Part shown: positions 1 to 9,020 of the stretch, piece by piece | How positions within the stretch are numbered: the stretch's first letter is position 1 | Layout: each line of letters opens with the position of its first letter | NCBI GenBank assembly: GCA_964517245.1 | Contig: CAZFBC010000005.1 | Span: 1-32,126, forward strand | DNA: 32,126 bases | Source: an uncultured Eubacteriales bacterium | GTDB taxonomy: Bacteria; Acidobacteriota; Aminicenantia; Aminicenantales; Saccharicenantaceae | Reading direction: 5' to 3' | Position numbers and translations under genes: made by a program | The notes under the pieces: model-generated | Told to the model about the DNA's origin: nothing | Seen by the model: only the letters and a program-made list of their open reading frames with translations | Databases searched by the model: none

Positions 1-719
1 GCCCGAACGTCCGCACGGGGGCGATGGCCAGGAAGGTCGTCCGCGAGGCGGCCGAAACCGGCGGGTTCATCGTCCACACCATCGTCAGGGATTCGGTCCG
101 CGAGGCGATCCTCAAGGCCTGCCGGGTGGGCAACATCGAGGCGATCGACCTGATGGGGCCCCTCCTGGCGCGCCTGACGGAGGCCCTGGCGACGTCGCCC
201 TCGGAGAAGCCCGGGCTGTTCAGCCGCCTGAACAGGACCTATTTCCGGCGCATCGAGACCATGGAGTTCGCCTTCCGCCACGACGACGGGCAGCGCGTCG
301 AGGACCTGCGGCGGGCGGAGATCGTGCTGCTCGGCGTGTCCCGGACGTTCAAGACGCCCCTCAGCATCTATCTCGCGTTCAAGGGCTGGTTCGTGGCCAA
401 CGTCCCCATCACCCTGGACCACGAGCCGCCGGCCGTCCTGGCGAAGATCGCCCCGGCGAAGGTCTTCGGCCTCGACACCAACGCCCGGCAGCTGGCCGAG
501 CTGCGACGGGCCCGCCACGACTACCTCCGGGGCGCGGCCGGTCCCTACGCGGACCAGGAGTACGTCAGGATCGAGCTGATGAACGCCAGGAAGTTCTACA
601 GGCGGCACCCGCGCTGGGCCGTCGTCAACGTCACCAACAAGCCCATCGAGGAGATCGCCACGGAGATCCTGGCCATCCGGGGCAAGGGCGTGGAGCCGGA
701 CCGGGAGGATCTCTTCTAG
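1..719 (+). CDS. ppsR: Pyruvate,phosphate dikinase / PEP synthase regulatory protein (PDRP/PpsR family, DUF299 kinase-pyrophosphorylase), 5' end truncated by the window edge
   Basis: The frame is open from base 3 with no stop upstream of the ATG at 24, so the N-terminus lies outside the window. The product carries LLGVSRTFKTPLSIYLA and NVTNKPIEEIATEIL. These are collinear with E. coli PpsR (LLGVSRCGKTPTSLYLA ... NSTNYSVEEIATKIL). Stop TAG at 717-719. Confidence 0.85.
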   Translation, partial: PNVRTGAMARKVVREAAETGGFIVHTIVRDSVREAILKACRVGNIEAIDLMGPLLARLTEALATSPSEKPGLFSRLNRTYFRRIETMEFAFRHDDGQRVEDLRRAEIVLLGVSRTFKTPLSIYLAFKGWFVANVPITLDHEPPAVLAKIAPAKVFGLDTNARQLAELRRARHDYLRGAAGPYADQEYVRIELMNARKFYRRHPRWAVVNVTNKPIEEIATEILAIRGKGVEPDREDLF

Positions 720-3100
720 CGTCCCTTCAGCTCGACGGTCTCCCCCGGCCCGAGATCGATCTCGAGCCTTCCGTCTTCGGCCCGCAAACGGCCCTCGAAG
801 GAGGGCGCGACCTTCGGGGCGCGGCCGGCGAACGGGTCCTCGAGCCGGAGCCGGCCGCCCTTCTCGGCCGTCACTTTGACCTCGAGGACCCGGCCCCCTT
901 CCCTCTTCGCCGAGACGAGGAAGGCCCCGACGGCGCGCAGGGAGTCGAAGGAGACGTCCGCCCAGGAAGCCGGGACGGCCGGGAAGACGCGGACGACGCC
1001 CGCGTGGCTCTGGAGGAGCATCTCCTGGACGCCCGCGGCGAAGGCGAAGTTGCCCTCCAGCGTGAACGGCCTGTAGGTGAGCTTCGACTTGCCGCTCTTC
1101 GTCTGGTCGCCGTTGGCGTGGAAGCCGTTCGGCAGGCAGAAGCAGTCGGCGAAGGTCCGCAGCGCGGCCGCCGCCCGCTCGCCGTCCATGGCCCGGGCGG
1201 CCATGTTCCCCAGCCAGCTGTAGGAATAGCCGCACCACCAGTCCGGGCCCAGGCGCTCGAGCTCGGCCAGGGCGCCGCGGATCGTCCTCCTGGCCTCCTC
1301 TCCCCCGCTCCAGTCGACGAGGCCCAGGGGGTGGATGGCCATGAGATGCGAGAAATGCCGGTGGGACTCCTCGAGCGGGCGGCCCGGCGCGACCAGGAGC
1401 CGCCCGTCCTCTTCGGCCAGGGCGAGCTCCGGCCATTCGCCGAGGATGGCCCGCCAGCGGGCGGCGTCCTCGGCCAACCCCAGCTCGTCGGCCAGCCCGG
1501 CCGCGGCGCCGTAGAGCCAGCGGACGAGGGCCAGGTCGAAGTTGGTCGTCTCCCCGAACCAGGCGTCGACGCGATTGTCGTTGATCTCGGGGCTCGAGCT
1601 GAGCGGCAGCTTCCTTCGGCCGTCCGGGCCGCGGACGGCGAGGGCGTCGAGGAACACGGCCACGGCCTCGAGATAAGGATAGGCCCGCTCTTCGAGGAAG
1701 GCGCGGTCCCCGCTGTAGGCCCAGTGGAGCCAGAAGTGTTGGGCCAGCCAGGCCGAGACCGTCGGCCCGAGCGAGTACTGGATCCAGCCGCCCATCGGGG
1801 CGCCGTCGAGCGCCGCCACGCCGGGGACGTTGAGGCCGTCGACGCCGAAATAGAGCCTCGTGTAGTCCTCGCACCTCGGCTTGATGGCCCACAGCCAGTC
1901 GAGGAAGGCCAGTCCCTCCTCCAGGCGGTTGCCGCTGTAGCTGGGCCAGTAGCTGAGCTGGGTGTTGAGGTCGTTGTGGAAGTCGCCTTTCCACGGCGGC
2001 AGGCTGCCGTCATCGGCCGTCCAGACGGCCTGGAGCGTGATCGGCGGCGCGCCGCGCCGCGAGGCCGCCCCGAACTTGTAGGTCTCGAGGTACCACTGTT
2101 TCTCGAGCACGGGGTCGGGGAGGCGGACCGTCGACCGGCCCCAGAAGGACTTCCACCAGGCCTTGTGGGTCTCGAGGTCGCGGGCCAGGGTCCGCTTGAG
2201 CGCGGCGGCGGCCGCGTGCGGAGCGGGTTCGCTCCCCCGGGCCCAGCTCTCCGTCCCTCCTTCGCTTTCGGGATAGAGGGAGCTGATGCTCCAGACCCCC
2301 GTGAGCGCTCCGCCCGCGGGCCGGTCCCAGGCCGCGGCGACGTCGTAGCTCATCCCGCCCCAGCCTTCCTGATGGTAACGGACCGAGGTCCCGTCCCCGC
2401 CCAGCTCCGGCGCGGGATAGCCCAAACTGGCCAGGGACTTCCCGGTCAGGGAGTTCCTTTCGGCGTCCGAGCCGGGCACCGGCGCGGCGTAGGCAGGTGG
2501 GACGATCTTCGGCGCGGCGTCGGCCGGCAGGCCCTCGAACCGGAACCAGCCCGCGGGTTCCGTGGCGTGGACGAAGGCCGTCAGCCGGGCCCCGTTCTTC
2601 CATCGCACCAGGCACACGGCGTCGGCCAGGGAGAGGCGCACGGACTCGACCTCGCCCAGCGCCGAGACGTCGATCTCGAGGGCCGCGGCCGGGATCTTGG
2701 TCGGGGCCGGGTCGCGGTCGTAGGGCGCGTCGCCCATCCTGTGGACGGGCTCGTAATCGTTTTTCAGGACCTGGGCCCGGACCCAGGCGAACCGGAACTC
2801 GGGCCCCGCGAACTCGGCCACGGGCCGGAGGTCCCAGAGGTCGGCCCGGTCGAGCGACATCCGCAGCGACCCCTCCTTCTTCCAGACGAGGGCCCCGATC
2901 GCGCCGTTGCCGAGCGGGATGCCTTCGTCCCACGTCGCGGCGAGCTCCGGGAAGACCAGGTCGTGGCGCGGGGCCGGGAGGAGCCCCTGGTCGCCGGCCG
3001 GCCCGCACGCGGCTCCCGCGAGCAGCCCGGCCGCGAGCAGGAGGCCCGTCCAGGCCGGTCCCGCTTTCTTCACCATTCCGGACGAGCGATAACCCGTCAT
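716..3100 (-). CDS. Glycoside hydrolase family 95-like (alpha-L-fucosidase/galactosidase type) lipoprotein
   Basis: 794-aa ORF. SD AAGGAGG lies 5 nt upstream of the ATG at 3100. Lipoprotein-type signal with lipobox LLAGAAC. Motifs WKGDFHNDLNTQLSYWP and HRHFSHLMAIHPLG match the GH95 catalytic domain pattern as I remember it. Confidence 0.8.
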   Translation of the reverse strand: MTGYRSSGMVKKAGPAWTGLLLAAGLLAGAACGPAGDQGLLPAPRHDLVFPELAATWDEGIPLGNGAIGALVWKKEGSLRMSLDRADLWDLRPVAEFAGPEFRFAWVRAQVLKNDYEPVHRMGDAPYDRDPAPTKIPAAALEIDVSALGEVESVRLSLADAVCLVRWKNGARLTAFVHATEPAGWFRFEGLPADAAPKIVPPAYAAPVPGSDAERNSLTGKSLASLGYPAPELGGDGTSVRYHQEGWGGMSYDVAAAWDRPAGGALTGVWSISSLYPESEGGTESWARGSEPAPHAAAAALKRTLARDLETHKAWWKSFWGRSTVRLPDPVLEKQWYLETYKFGAASRRGAPPITLQAVWTADDGSLPPWKGDFHNDLNTQLSYWPSYSGNRLEEGLAFLDWLWAIKPRCEDYTRLYFGVDGLNVPGVAALDGAPMGGWIQYSLGPTVSAWLAQHFWLHWAYSGDRAFLEERAYPYLEAVAVFLDALAVRGPDGRRKLPLSSSPEINDNRVDAWFGETTNFDLALVRWLYGAAAGLADELGLAEDAARWRAILGEWPELALAEEDGRLLVAPGRPLEESHRHFSHLMAIHPLGLVDWSGGEEARRTIRGALAELERLGPDWWCGYSYSWLGNMAARAMDGERAAAALRTFADCFCLPNGFHANGDQTKSGKSKLTYRPFTLEGNFAFAAGVQEMLLQSHAGVVRVFPAVPASWADVSFDSLRAVGAFLVSAKREGGRVLEVKVTAEKGGRLRLEDPFAGRAPKVAPSFEGRLRAEDGRLEIDLGPGETVELKGR

Positions 3101-3125
3101 GACGACCTCCTTGTCCGTTCCCGGA

Positions 3126-4355
3126 TCACCCGGCCAGCCCGGCCACGAAACCCGACGCCCAGGCCCAGGCGAGGTTGTATCCGCCCCGCCCCCCTTGGAC
3201 GTCGAGGACCTCGCCGGCCAGGTAAAGGCCCTTGCGGAGCTTCGACTCGAGCGTCCGCGGCCTGACCTCCCGGGCGTCCACGCCCCCGGAGGTGAACTCG
3301 GCCTCGTTCCAGCCGCGCGTCCCGGTCACGGCGAACTCCCGCGCCTTGAGGGCGGCGGCCACCGCCCGGGCCGCCCTCTCCCCGTCGGCCGGGCCTCCGG
3401 AGGAAGCGACCGCTTCGCGGACCAGGTCGGGCACGACCAGGCCGAACTTCTCGGGCAGGATCCCCGCCGCGATGTCCTTGGCCGGCCAGCCCGCGGCCAG
3501 CCGCCCCGCAAGCTCGGCGGCCAGGTCGTCGCCGGACATGAAGGGGACGAGGTCGGCGACGATCACGGCGTCCCTCTTCCCCTCCCGGTTCAGGCCGACC
3601 GAGACGCTCTCGCTGACGTCGAGGACCGCCGTCCCCGACAGCCCGTAAGCCGTGAAGAGGAGCTCGCCCTCGACGGTCCCGCCCGGGCGGCCGCCGACCC
3701 GGCTCGAGACCCTGGCCCGGAGCTTCTGCCCCTGGAGAAAATGGCACCACCGGTCCTTGACGACGAGCGGGACGGCGCTCGGCACCGGGGCAACGATGCG
3801 GTGCCCGAAGGCCGCGGCCAGGCCGTAACAGGAGCCGTTCGACCCGAGGGCCGGATAGGACCTGCCTCCCCCGGCCAGGACGACGGCCCGGGCCCCGACC
3901 TTGCGTCCGCCCGCGGCCGCCAGGGAGAAGCCCGACGGGGCGGGATCGATACGGGCGGCCTCGAAGCCCGTCTCGATGAGGACCCCTCTGCGGCCGGCTT
4001 CGAGCTCGAGGACCTTGAGGACGGACGCGGCCTGGTTGGTCGCCGGATAGACGCGGCCGCCGTCGTCGGTCTGGAGACGCAGGCCGAGCCCCTCGAAGAA
4101 GCCGCGGATCCCGGGCGGTCCGAAGCGGTCGAGGACGGAGGCGACGAGGCCCGGGTCCGTCGAGGTGAAGTCCGAGGCCGAGAGCCTGTCGTTGAGGAGA
4201 TTGCAGCGGCCCCCGCCCGTCGCCAGGAGCTTCTTCCCGGCCCTGGGCAGGCGCTCGAGGACGACGGTCGAGGCCCCGCGCCGCGCCCCGCTTATCGCCG
4301 CGACGAGCCCGGCCGCCCCCGCGCCGACGACGGCGAAATCGTACGTTTCGAGCAT
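3126..4355 (-). CDS. HI0933/YhiN/BaiN-family NAD(P)/FAD-dependent oxidoreductase
   Basis: 409 aa. N-terminal dinucleotide fold YDFAVVGAGAAGLVAA, GGGRCNL motif and C-terminal GGYNLAWAWASG are typical of the HI0933-like flavoprotein family. No SD. A TATGCT hexamer lies 5 nt upstream of the ATG. Confidence 0.85.
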   Translation of the reverse strand: MLETYDFAVVGAGAAGLVAAISGARRGASTVVLERLPRAGKKLLATGGGRCNLLNDRLSASDFTSTDPGLVASVLDRFGPPGIRGFFEGLGLRLQTDDGGRVYPATNQAASVLKVLELEAGRRGVLIETGFEAARIDPAPSGFSLAAAGGRKVGARAVVLAGGGRSYPALGSNGSCYGLAAAFGHRIVAPVPSAVPLVVKDRWCHFLQGQKLRARVSSRVGGRPGGTVEGELLFTAYGLSGTAVLDVSESVSVGLNREGKRDAVIVADLVPFMSGDDLAAELAGRLAAGWPAKDIAAGILPEKFGLVVPDLVREAVASSGGPADGERAARAVAAALKAREFAVTGTRGWNEAEFTSGGVDAREVRPRTLESKLRKGLYLAGEVLDVQGGRGGYNLAWAWASGFVAGLAG

Positions 4356-4378
4356 GGGGGTAGCATAGCCGATTGCGG

Positions 4379-4398
4379 CCGGCCCCGTAAAGGGCCGG
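4379..4398 (-). terminator. GC-rich hairpin between the ACT-domain gene and the flavoprotein gene
   Basis: CCGGCCC pairs with GGGCCGG, giving a 7-bp stem with loop CGTAAA. A palindromic CCCGGCCGGG lies at 4411-4420. There is no U-tract, so its function is uncertain. Confidence 0.25.
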
Positions 4399-4421
4399 GG
4401 GAGCGTCCGTCCCGGCCGGGC

Positions 4422-4805
4422 TCAGGCGCCGAGGATCTGGCAGGCCCGCTCGATGTTGGAGACGTCCATGACGACCGAGACGCCGTTGCCCTTGCGGGAC
4501 AGCGTGCCGTAGCAGTACTCGATGTTGATGCCCTCGTCCCCGAGCTTGGTCGTCAGGTCGGCCAGCGCGCCGGGCCTGTTCTCGAGGTCGATCTTGAGGA
4601 CATCGCGGAGCTCCGTCGTGTAGTTGAGCTTGCTCAGGAGCTTGACGGCCTTGTTGAGCTGCTGGACGACGATCTTGGCCGTGTCGTGGAAGACGCCGAT
4701 GGCCTCCACGTTGATCTCGTTCTCAGCCAGGAAGCTGCAGAGGTCCCCCAGCTGGGACGGCTTGTTCTCCAGGATGACGTAGATCTCGGTGATCCGTTCG
4801 ACCAT
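4422..4805 (-). CDS. Tandem ACT-domain protein (small-molecule binding regulatory protein)
   Basis: 127 aa with two ACT-like halves (VILENKPSQLGDLCSFL and IDLENRPGALADLTTKL). SD GAGGAGG lies 5 nt upstream of the ATG. Amino-acid composition is protein-like and visibly less GC-biased than the neighbours. Confidence 0.75.
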   Translation of the reverse strand: MVERITEIYVILENKPSQLGDLCSFLAENEINVEAIGVFHDTAKIVVQQLNKAVKLLSKLNYTTELRDVLKIDLENRPGALADLTTKLGDEGINIEYCYGTLSRKGNGVSVVMDVSNIERACQILGA

Positions 4806-4879
4806 GACCGACCTCCTCTAAGGTCAAGATTTCCGCGGCCCCTTGTCTCTCCTCTTAATACATAGCACGAAGGGCGGGT

Positions 4880-6298
4880 CTAATCAAATATCTTGCCGGG
4901 ATTCATGATGCCGTTGGGGTCGAACACGCGCTTGATGCCGCGCATGAGGGCGATCTGCCGTTCGTCGAGGGCGAGAGGGAGGTAGGGCTTCTTGACCAGG
5001 CCGATGCCGTGCTCGCCGGAGATGACCCCGCCGCGCTCCTTGGCGTCCCTGAAGAGCTCCTCCCGGACCCGGTCGGCCTTGTCCCGCCAATCGCCTTCCG
5101 GGACGGGGACCATCCTCCCGTCCTCGTAGCGGGCCTTCATGATGTGGGTGTGGACGTTGCCGTCGGCGGCGTGCCCGAAGGTCGGGAGCCACATCCCGGT
5201 GGCGGCCGCCAGCTCACGGACCCGGCGGACGTGGCCGGCCACCTCGGCCCGCGGCACGGCGATGTCGAGGATCTCCACCGTCCCGGCCTTGATGGCGTCG
5301 TAGATCTTCGAGCGGATGGCCAGGACCTCGTCCTGCTTGGCGGGCGTGTCGGCGATGAAGACGTCGATGGCGCCCTTCTCGACCGAGACCTCGGCGACGG
5401 CCTGCGACAGGCGGTCGATCTCGTCCTCGGACGCGGCGTCGAGGACGACCAGGAGGTGGGTCTTCCCGAGCTTGGTCGGCCACTTCTTGCCGAGGTGCTC
5501 CTCGGTCAGGACGATGGGCTCGATCTCGAGGAACTCGACGGCCAGGGGCACGACGCCCCGCTTCATGAGCAGCGGGACCGTCTCCAGGGCCGGCTCGAGC
5601 TCCTCGAAGGGCACGACGAGGGAGCGCATGATCCCGGGCCGGGCCTTGAGGTGGAGGACGACCTCGGTGACGACGCCGAGCGTCCCCTCGGAGCCGACGA
5701 CGAGGTGCATGAGGTTGTAGCCCGTGCTCGATTTCTCGAGCTTGCCGCCGAGCCGGAGGACCTCGCCCGCCGGGGTGACGAGCTCGAGGCCCCGGACGTA
5801 GCTGCGTATGGTGCCGTACTTGACGGCCCGGCTGCCGCCGGCGTTGGTCGCCACGAGGCCGCCCATCATGGCGCTCTCGTCGCCGGGATGGGGCGGGAAA
5901 TAGAGCCCGCCCTCCTCGACCGCCCGGGTGAAGTCGGACAGGCGGACGCCCGCCTCGGTCACGGCCATCTGGTTGTCGGCGTCGATCTCGAGGACGCGGT
6001 CCATCCGTTCGAGCGACAGGACGATCCCGCCCAGGACCGGGACGCAGCCGCCGCAGAGGCCGGTGGCCCCGCCGCGCGGGGTGACGGGAACGCGGGCCTC
6101 GTTCGCGATCCGAAGGACCGCGGCGACCTCGGCGGTCGTCCCCGGCCGGACGACGAGGTCGGGCTGCCGGGCGATCTCCCTGAGCGAGAACTCGTCGTGG
6201 CCGTAGTCGACGGTCCTCTCCGGGTCGCTGAAGGCGTTCCCGGCGCCGACGACGGCCTCGATCGCGGCCCGGATGGCGGGAGATATCTTCGAGGTCAT
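4880..6298 (-). CDS. FAD-linked oxidase, GlcD / D-lactate dehydrogenase-like
   Basis: 472 aa. PCMH-type FAD-binding region (PRGGATGLCGG, VGSEGTLGVVTEV) and C-terminal GEHGIGLVKK with MNPGKIF, typical of glycolate oxidase subunit D / D-2-hydroxyacid dehydrogenases. SD AAGGGAAAGGA upstream. Confidence 0.85.
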   Translation of the reverse strand: MTSKISPAIRAAIEAVVGAGNAFSDPERTVDYGHDEFSLREIARQPDLVVRPGTTAEVAAVLRIANEARVPVTPRGGATGLCGGCVPVLGGIVLSLERMDRVLEIDADNQMAVTEAGVRLSDFTRAVEEGGLYFPPHPGDESAMMGGLVATNAGGSRAVKYGTIRSYVRGLELVTPAGEVLRLGGKLEKSSTGYNLMHLVVGSEGTLGVVTEVVLHLKARPGIMRSLVVPFEELEPALETVPLLMKRGVVPLAVEFLEIEPIVLTEEHLGKKWPTKLGKTHLLVVLDAASEDEIDRLSQAVAEVSVEKGAIDVFIADTPAKQDEVLAIRSKIYDAIKAGTVEILDIAVPRAEVAGHVRRVRELAAATGMWLPTFGHAADGNVHTHIMKARYEDGRMVPVPEGDWRDKADRVREELFRDAKERGGVISGEHGIGLVKKPYLPLALDERQIALMRGIKRVFDPNGIMNPGKIFD

Positions 6299-6316
6299 GG
6301 CGGATGTCCTTTCCCT

Positions 6317-7102
6317 TCAATCGACGCGCGCGAGCTGGACGGGCAGGCCGATCATGACCTGGGGGCGGCCCTTGTAGAGCTCGACGAGCCCGGTCGCCTC
6401 GAGCGTCCGCCCTTCGAGATCGAGCGGCCCGGGCAGGGCGTGGTACACGCTGAGCGGGATGACCGCGTCGAACACGGCCCCGTCGGCTTCGAGGATGCGG
6501 AAGCCGCCGCGCTTGAACGACCGCCGGCAGCGGAACCGGAAGGTCGAGACCTCGCCGACGCGCCGCCCGGCCTCCCCGGCGGTCAACACGGCATAGGGCC
6601 CCTCTTTCCAGAGCCCCCGGCCGGCCCGGCGCGCCTCCGCCTCGGCCGCCCTGAGGTCCTTGCGCCAGGCCTCGTCGAAGGGGAACCTGAGATAGGCGTG
6701 CGCGTAGCCCTCCCGCACCAGGGTCACGTTGAACAGGTCCCCGTCCGCGGTCCGGATGTAGGCCAGGAGCCGCTTGTAATCGTCCCTCGTCTCCGGGCCG
6801 GGCAGGAGCTCGACCCGGGCCCGGAAGAGCCGCGAATACGCGAACCGCTTGGCCAGGAAGGCCATCAGGCGGACCGCCTCGCGCTCGTCGTCGAGCTCGG
6901 GGCTGTCGACCCCGATGAGCCTGACCTTCTCGGTCTTCCCGCCGGGGAGCAGGACCTTGACGGTGTCGCCGTCGTAAACGGCGGTCACGGTTCCCCGCAG
7001 CGCTTCCCCGCCGGTCCCGGCCGGGACCGGCCGCGGCGCGGAGCGGACCGCGAGAACGGCGAGAGCCGCGGCGAGAAGCGGGACGGCGCGGCGGACCCTC
7101 AC
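6317..7102 (-). CDS. Secreted thermonuclease (staphylococcal nuclease, SNase) family protein with a C-terminal extra domain
   Basis: SNase core motifs VTAVYDGDTVKV, VRLIGVDSPE, RLLAYI and EARRAGRGLW. The start is trimmed to GTG at 7102. That GTG overlaps the transketolase stop as GTGA and is followed by a signal-like RRAVPLLAAALAVLAV. The ATG at 7207 would overlap tkt by 108 nt. Confidence 0.75.
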   Translation of the reverse strand: MRVRRAVPLLAAALAVLAVRSAPRPVPAGTGGEALRGTVTAVYDGDTVKVLLPGGKTEKVRLIGVDSPELDDEREAVRLMAFLAKRFAYSRLFRARVELLPGPETRDDYKRLLAYIRTADGDLFNVTLVREGYAHAYLRFPFDEAWRKDLRAAEAEARRAGRGLWKEGPYAVLTAGEAGRRVGEVSTFRFRCRRSFKRGGFRILEADGAVFDAVIPLSVYHALPGPLDLEGRTLEATGLVELYKGRPQVMIGLPVQLARVD

Positions 7103-8928
7103 CCCGCGACCAGCTCCTTCGCCGCCCGGACGATGTGGGAAGCGCTGATGCCGTACCTCTCCAGGAGCTCGTCGGGCTTCCCCGACCTCGGGAGCTCGCG
7201 GATGCACAGGTGGACGAGGCGGGCCCGGCCGGCCAGGGCCTGGGCCACGGCTTCGCCCAGCCCGCCGGCGGCGTAGTGGTCCTCGACGACGACGGCGCGG
7301 CCGCCCGTCTCGGCGACCTCGCGGAGGATGGTCGCCCTGTCCAGGGGTTCCACCGAATAGGCGTCGACGACCCGGGCGCCGAGGCCCTCCTTCTTCAGCG
7401 CCTCAGAGGCCTTGAGGGCCTCGTGGAGCGTGATGCCGGCCGCGACGACCGTGACGGCGTCCCCCGCCCCCTTCCGCAGGACCTTGGAGCCGCCGATCGG
7501 GAAGCTCTCCCCGGCCGGGTAGATGATCGGCGTGGCCGGACGCGACGTCCGGATGTAGCACAGGCCCCGGTGCGCGGCGACGGCCGCGACGCAGGCCTCC
7601 GAGGCCACGGCGTCGCCCGGGTAGAGCACGACGCAGCCGGGGATGGGACGGAACATGGCCAGGTCCTCGAGGCCCATCTGGGACGGGCCGTCCTCGCCGA
7701 TGCTGACGCCCACGTGGGAGCCGCAGAGCTTGATGTTGGAGAAGGAGTAGGCGGCCATCCGGACCTGGTCGTGGGCCCGGGTCAGGAAGGCGGCGAAGGT
7801 GGCCATGAAGGGGATGTAGCCCTTGGCGGCCAGGCCCATGCCCACGCCGACCATGTTCTGCTCGGCGATGTAGGCCTGGAAGGCGCGCTCGGGGAACGCT
7901 TCGAAGAACTTGTCGGCGTAGGTCGAGTTCTTGACGTCGCCGTCGACGGCCACGACGGCCGGGTCGACCCGGGCCAGGCCGAGGAGGGCGTTGCCGTAGG
8001 CCAGTCGCGTGGCCGTTTTCTCCGTGTAGGCCGTCCGGGGGAAATCCCGGGCCGCGGCGCGCCTCTTCCTGCGGAAAGGCTTGGGCTTGCGGATGAAGCG
8101 CCTGGCGTCGACCATGGGAAGACAGCCGAGCTCCTCGAGCGCCCGGGCCAGCTCGTCGGCCTTGAGGGGCTTGCCGTGCCAGCCGTTCCTGTCCTCGATG
8201 AAGCTGACGCCTTTGCCCTTGAGGGTCTTGGCCAGCAGGACCGTCGGTTTGCCCTTCTTCCCGGCCTGCCGGAGCGCGGCGAGGATCTTGTCGATCTTGT
8301 GGCCGTCGACGACGACCGCGTCCCAGCCGAAGGCGCTGAACTTGCGCTTCAGCGCGCCCAGGTCGTGCTGGTGCATGGTCGGGTCGGACTGGCCGAGCCG
8401 GTTGACGTCGACGACGGCGACGAGGTTGCGGAGCTTCCAGTTGGCCGCGGCGGCGGCGGCCTCCCAGACCTGCCCCTCGGCGCACTCGCCGTCGCCGAGG
8501 AGGACGAAGGTGCGGGCCGGGGACTTGTCGAGGCGCTGGGCCAGGGCCATGCCCGCGCCGACGGACAGGCCTTGGCCCAGGGAGCCGGTCGCGGCCTTGA
8601 CCCACTTCATCCGGGGCGTCGGGTGGCCCTCGAGGTCGCTGGTGATCTTCCGCAGGTCGAGGAGGCTCGCGGGCGGGATGACGCCGGCCTCGGCGTAGGC
8701 GGCCCAGAGAAGCGGGGCCGCGTGCCCCTTGGACAGGACGAGCTCGTCGCCGGCCGGGTCGTCCGGGTCCCCGGGATTCCAGCGCATCTCGCGGAAGAAG
8801 AGGCAGGCGGCGACGTCGGCCGCCGAGAGACAGGTCGTCGGGTGCCCGGACCCGGCCGCGGTCGTCATGCGCAGCGAGTGGATGCGGAGGCGGGTCGCGA
8901 TCTTGCGAAGGTGCTCGGTTCTGGCCAT
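7099..8928 (-). CDS. tkt: Transketolase, single-chain short form (609 aa)
   Basis: Internal ATG at 8928 with SD GAGGAG 9 nt upstream. Motifs GSGHPTTCLSAAD, LSKGHAAPLLWA, LGDGECAEGQVWEA and GEDGPSQMGLEDLAMFR. The upstream 415 codons of the 1024-aa track ORF are Arg/Pro/Gly shadow sequence antisense to the next gene. Confidence 0.9.
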   Translation of the reverse strand: MARTEHLRKIATRLRIHSLRMTTAAGSGHPTTCLSAADVAACLFFREMRWNPGDPDDPAGDELVLSKGHAAPLLWAAYAEAGVIPPASLLDLRKITSDLEGHPTPRMKWVKAATGSLGQGLSVGAGMALAQRLDKSPARTFVLLGDGECAEGQVWEAAAAAANWKLRNLVAVVDVNRLGQSDPTMHQHDLGALKRKFSAFGWDAVVVDGHKIDKILAALRQAGKKGKPTVLLAKTLKGKGVSFIEDRNGWHGKPLKADELARALEELGCLPMVDARRFIRKPKPFRRKRRAAARDFPRTAYTEKTATRLAYGNALLGLARVDPAVVAVDGDVKNSTYADKFFEAFPERAFQAYIAEQNMVGVGMGLAAKGYIPFMATFAAFLTRAHDQVRMAAYSFSNIKLCGSHVGVSIGEDGPSQMGLEDLAMFRPIPGCVVLYPGDAVASEACVAAVAAHRGLCYIRTSRPATPIIYPAGESFPIGGSKVLRKGAGDAVTVVAAGITLHEALKASEALKKEGLGARVVDAYSVEPLDRATILREVAETGGRAVVVEDHYAAGGLGEAVAQALAGRARLVHLCIRELPRSGKPDELLERYGISASHIVRAAKELVAG

Positions 8929-8955
8929 GGGGTGACGCTCCTCAGTGATCTCGGG

Positions 8956-8970
8956 CCTCGCCGGGCGAGG
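8956..8970 (-). terminator. Small hairpin downstream of the dGTPase-like gene, inside the putative tkt leader
   Basis: CCTCGC pairs with GCGAGG, giving a 6-bp stem and 3-nt loop. It could act as a terminator or a leader structure, or it could be chance. Confidence 0.2.
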
Positions 8971-8975
8971 AGGGC

Positions 8976-8984
8976 ATGATAGCA
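8976..8984 (-). promoter_or_regulatory. Extended -10 element TGCTATCAT upstream of tkt
   Basis: Minus-strand reading of 8984-8976. The -35 is poor. It lies 47 nt upstream of the tkt ATG. Confidence 0.3.
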
Positions 8985-9020
8985 CGAACCCCGCGGCGAG
9001 AAAAGCCGGCCGGGCGTCGG

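Noticed and set aside
716-719. The convergent ppsR and GH95 genes share the palindrome CTAG as their two stop codons (TAG at 717-719 plus, TAG at 718-716 minus). Similarly, TCTGAG-CCGT-CTCAGA at 28792-28807 contains the stop codons of both the OMP gene and copA.
   Set aside because: These are real in the sequence but probably trivial consequences of gene packing. The stems are too short (6 bp or less) to call bidirectional terminators.
1004-3265. 753-aa plus-strand ORF, along with similar very long ORFs at 5009..7276, 13003..14793, 16346..18814, 18976..20814, 29112..31130 and 3099..4865.
   Set aside because: All are antisense to genes with clear family motifs. Their translations are Arg/Gly/Pro/Asp/Glu low-complexity sequence. 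Stop-free antisense frames are expected at about 70% GC. None has an SD or a recognisable motif.
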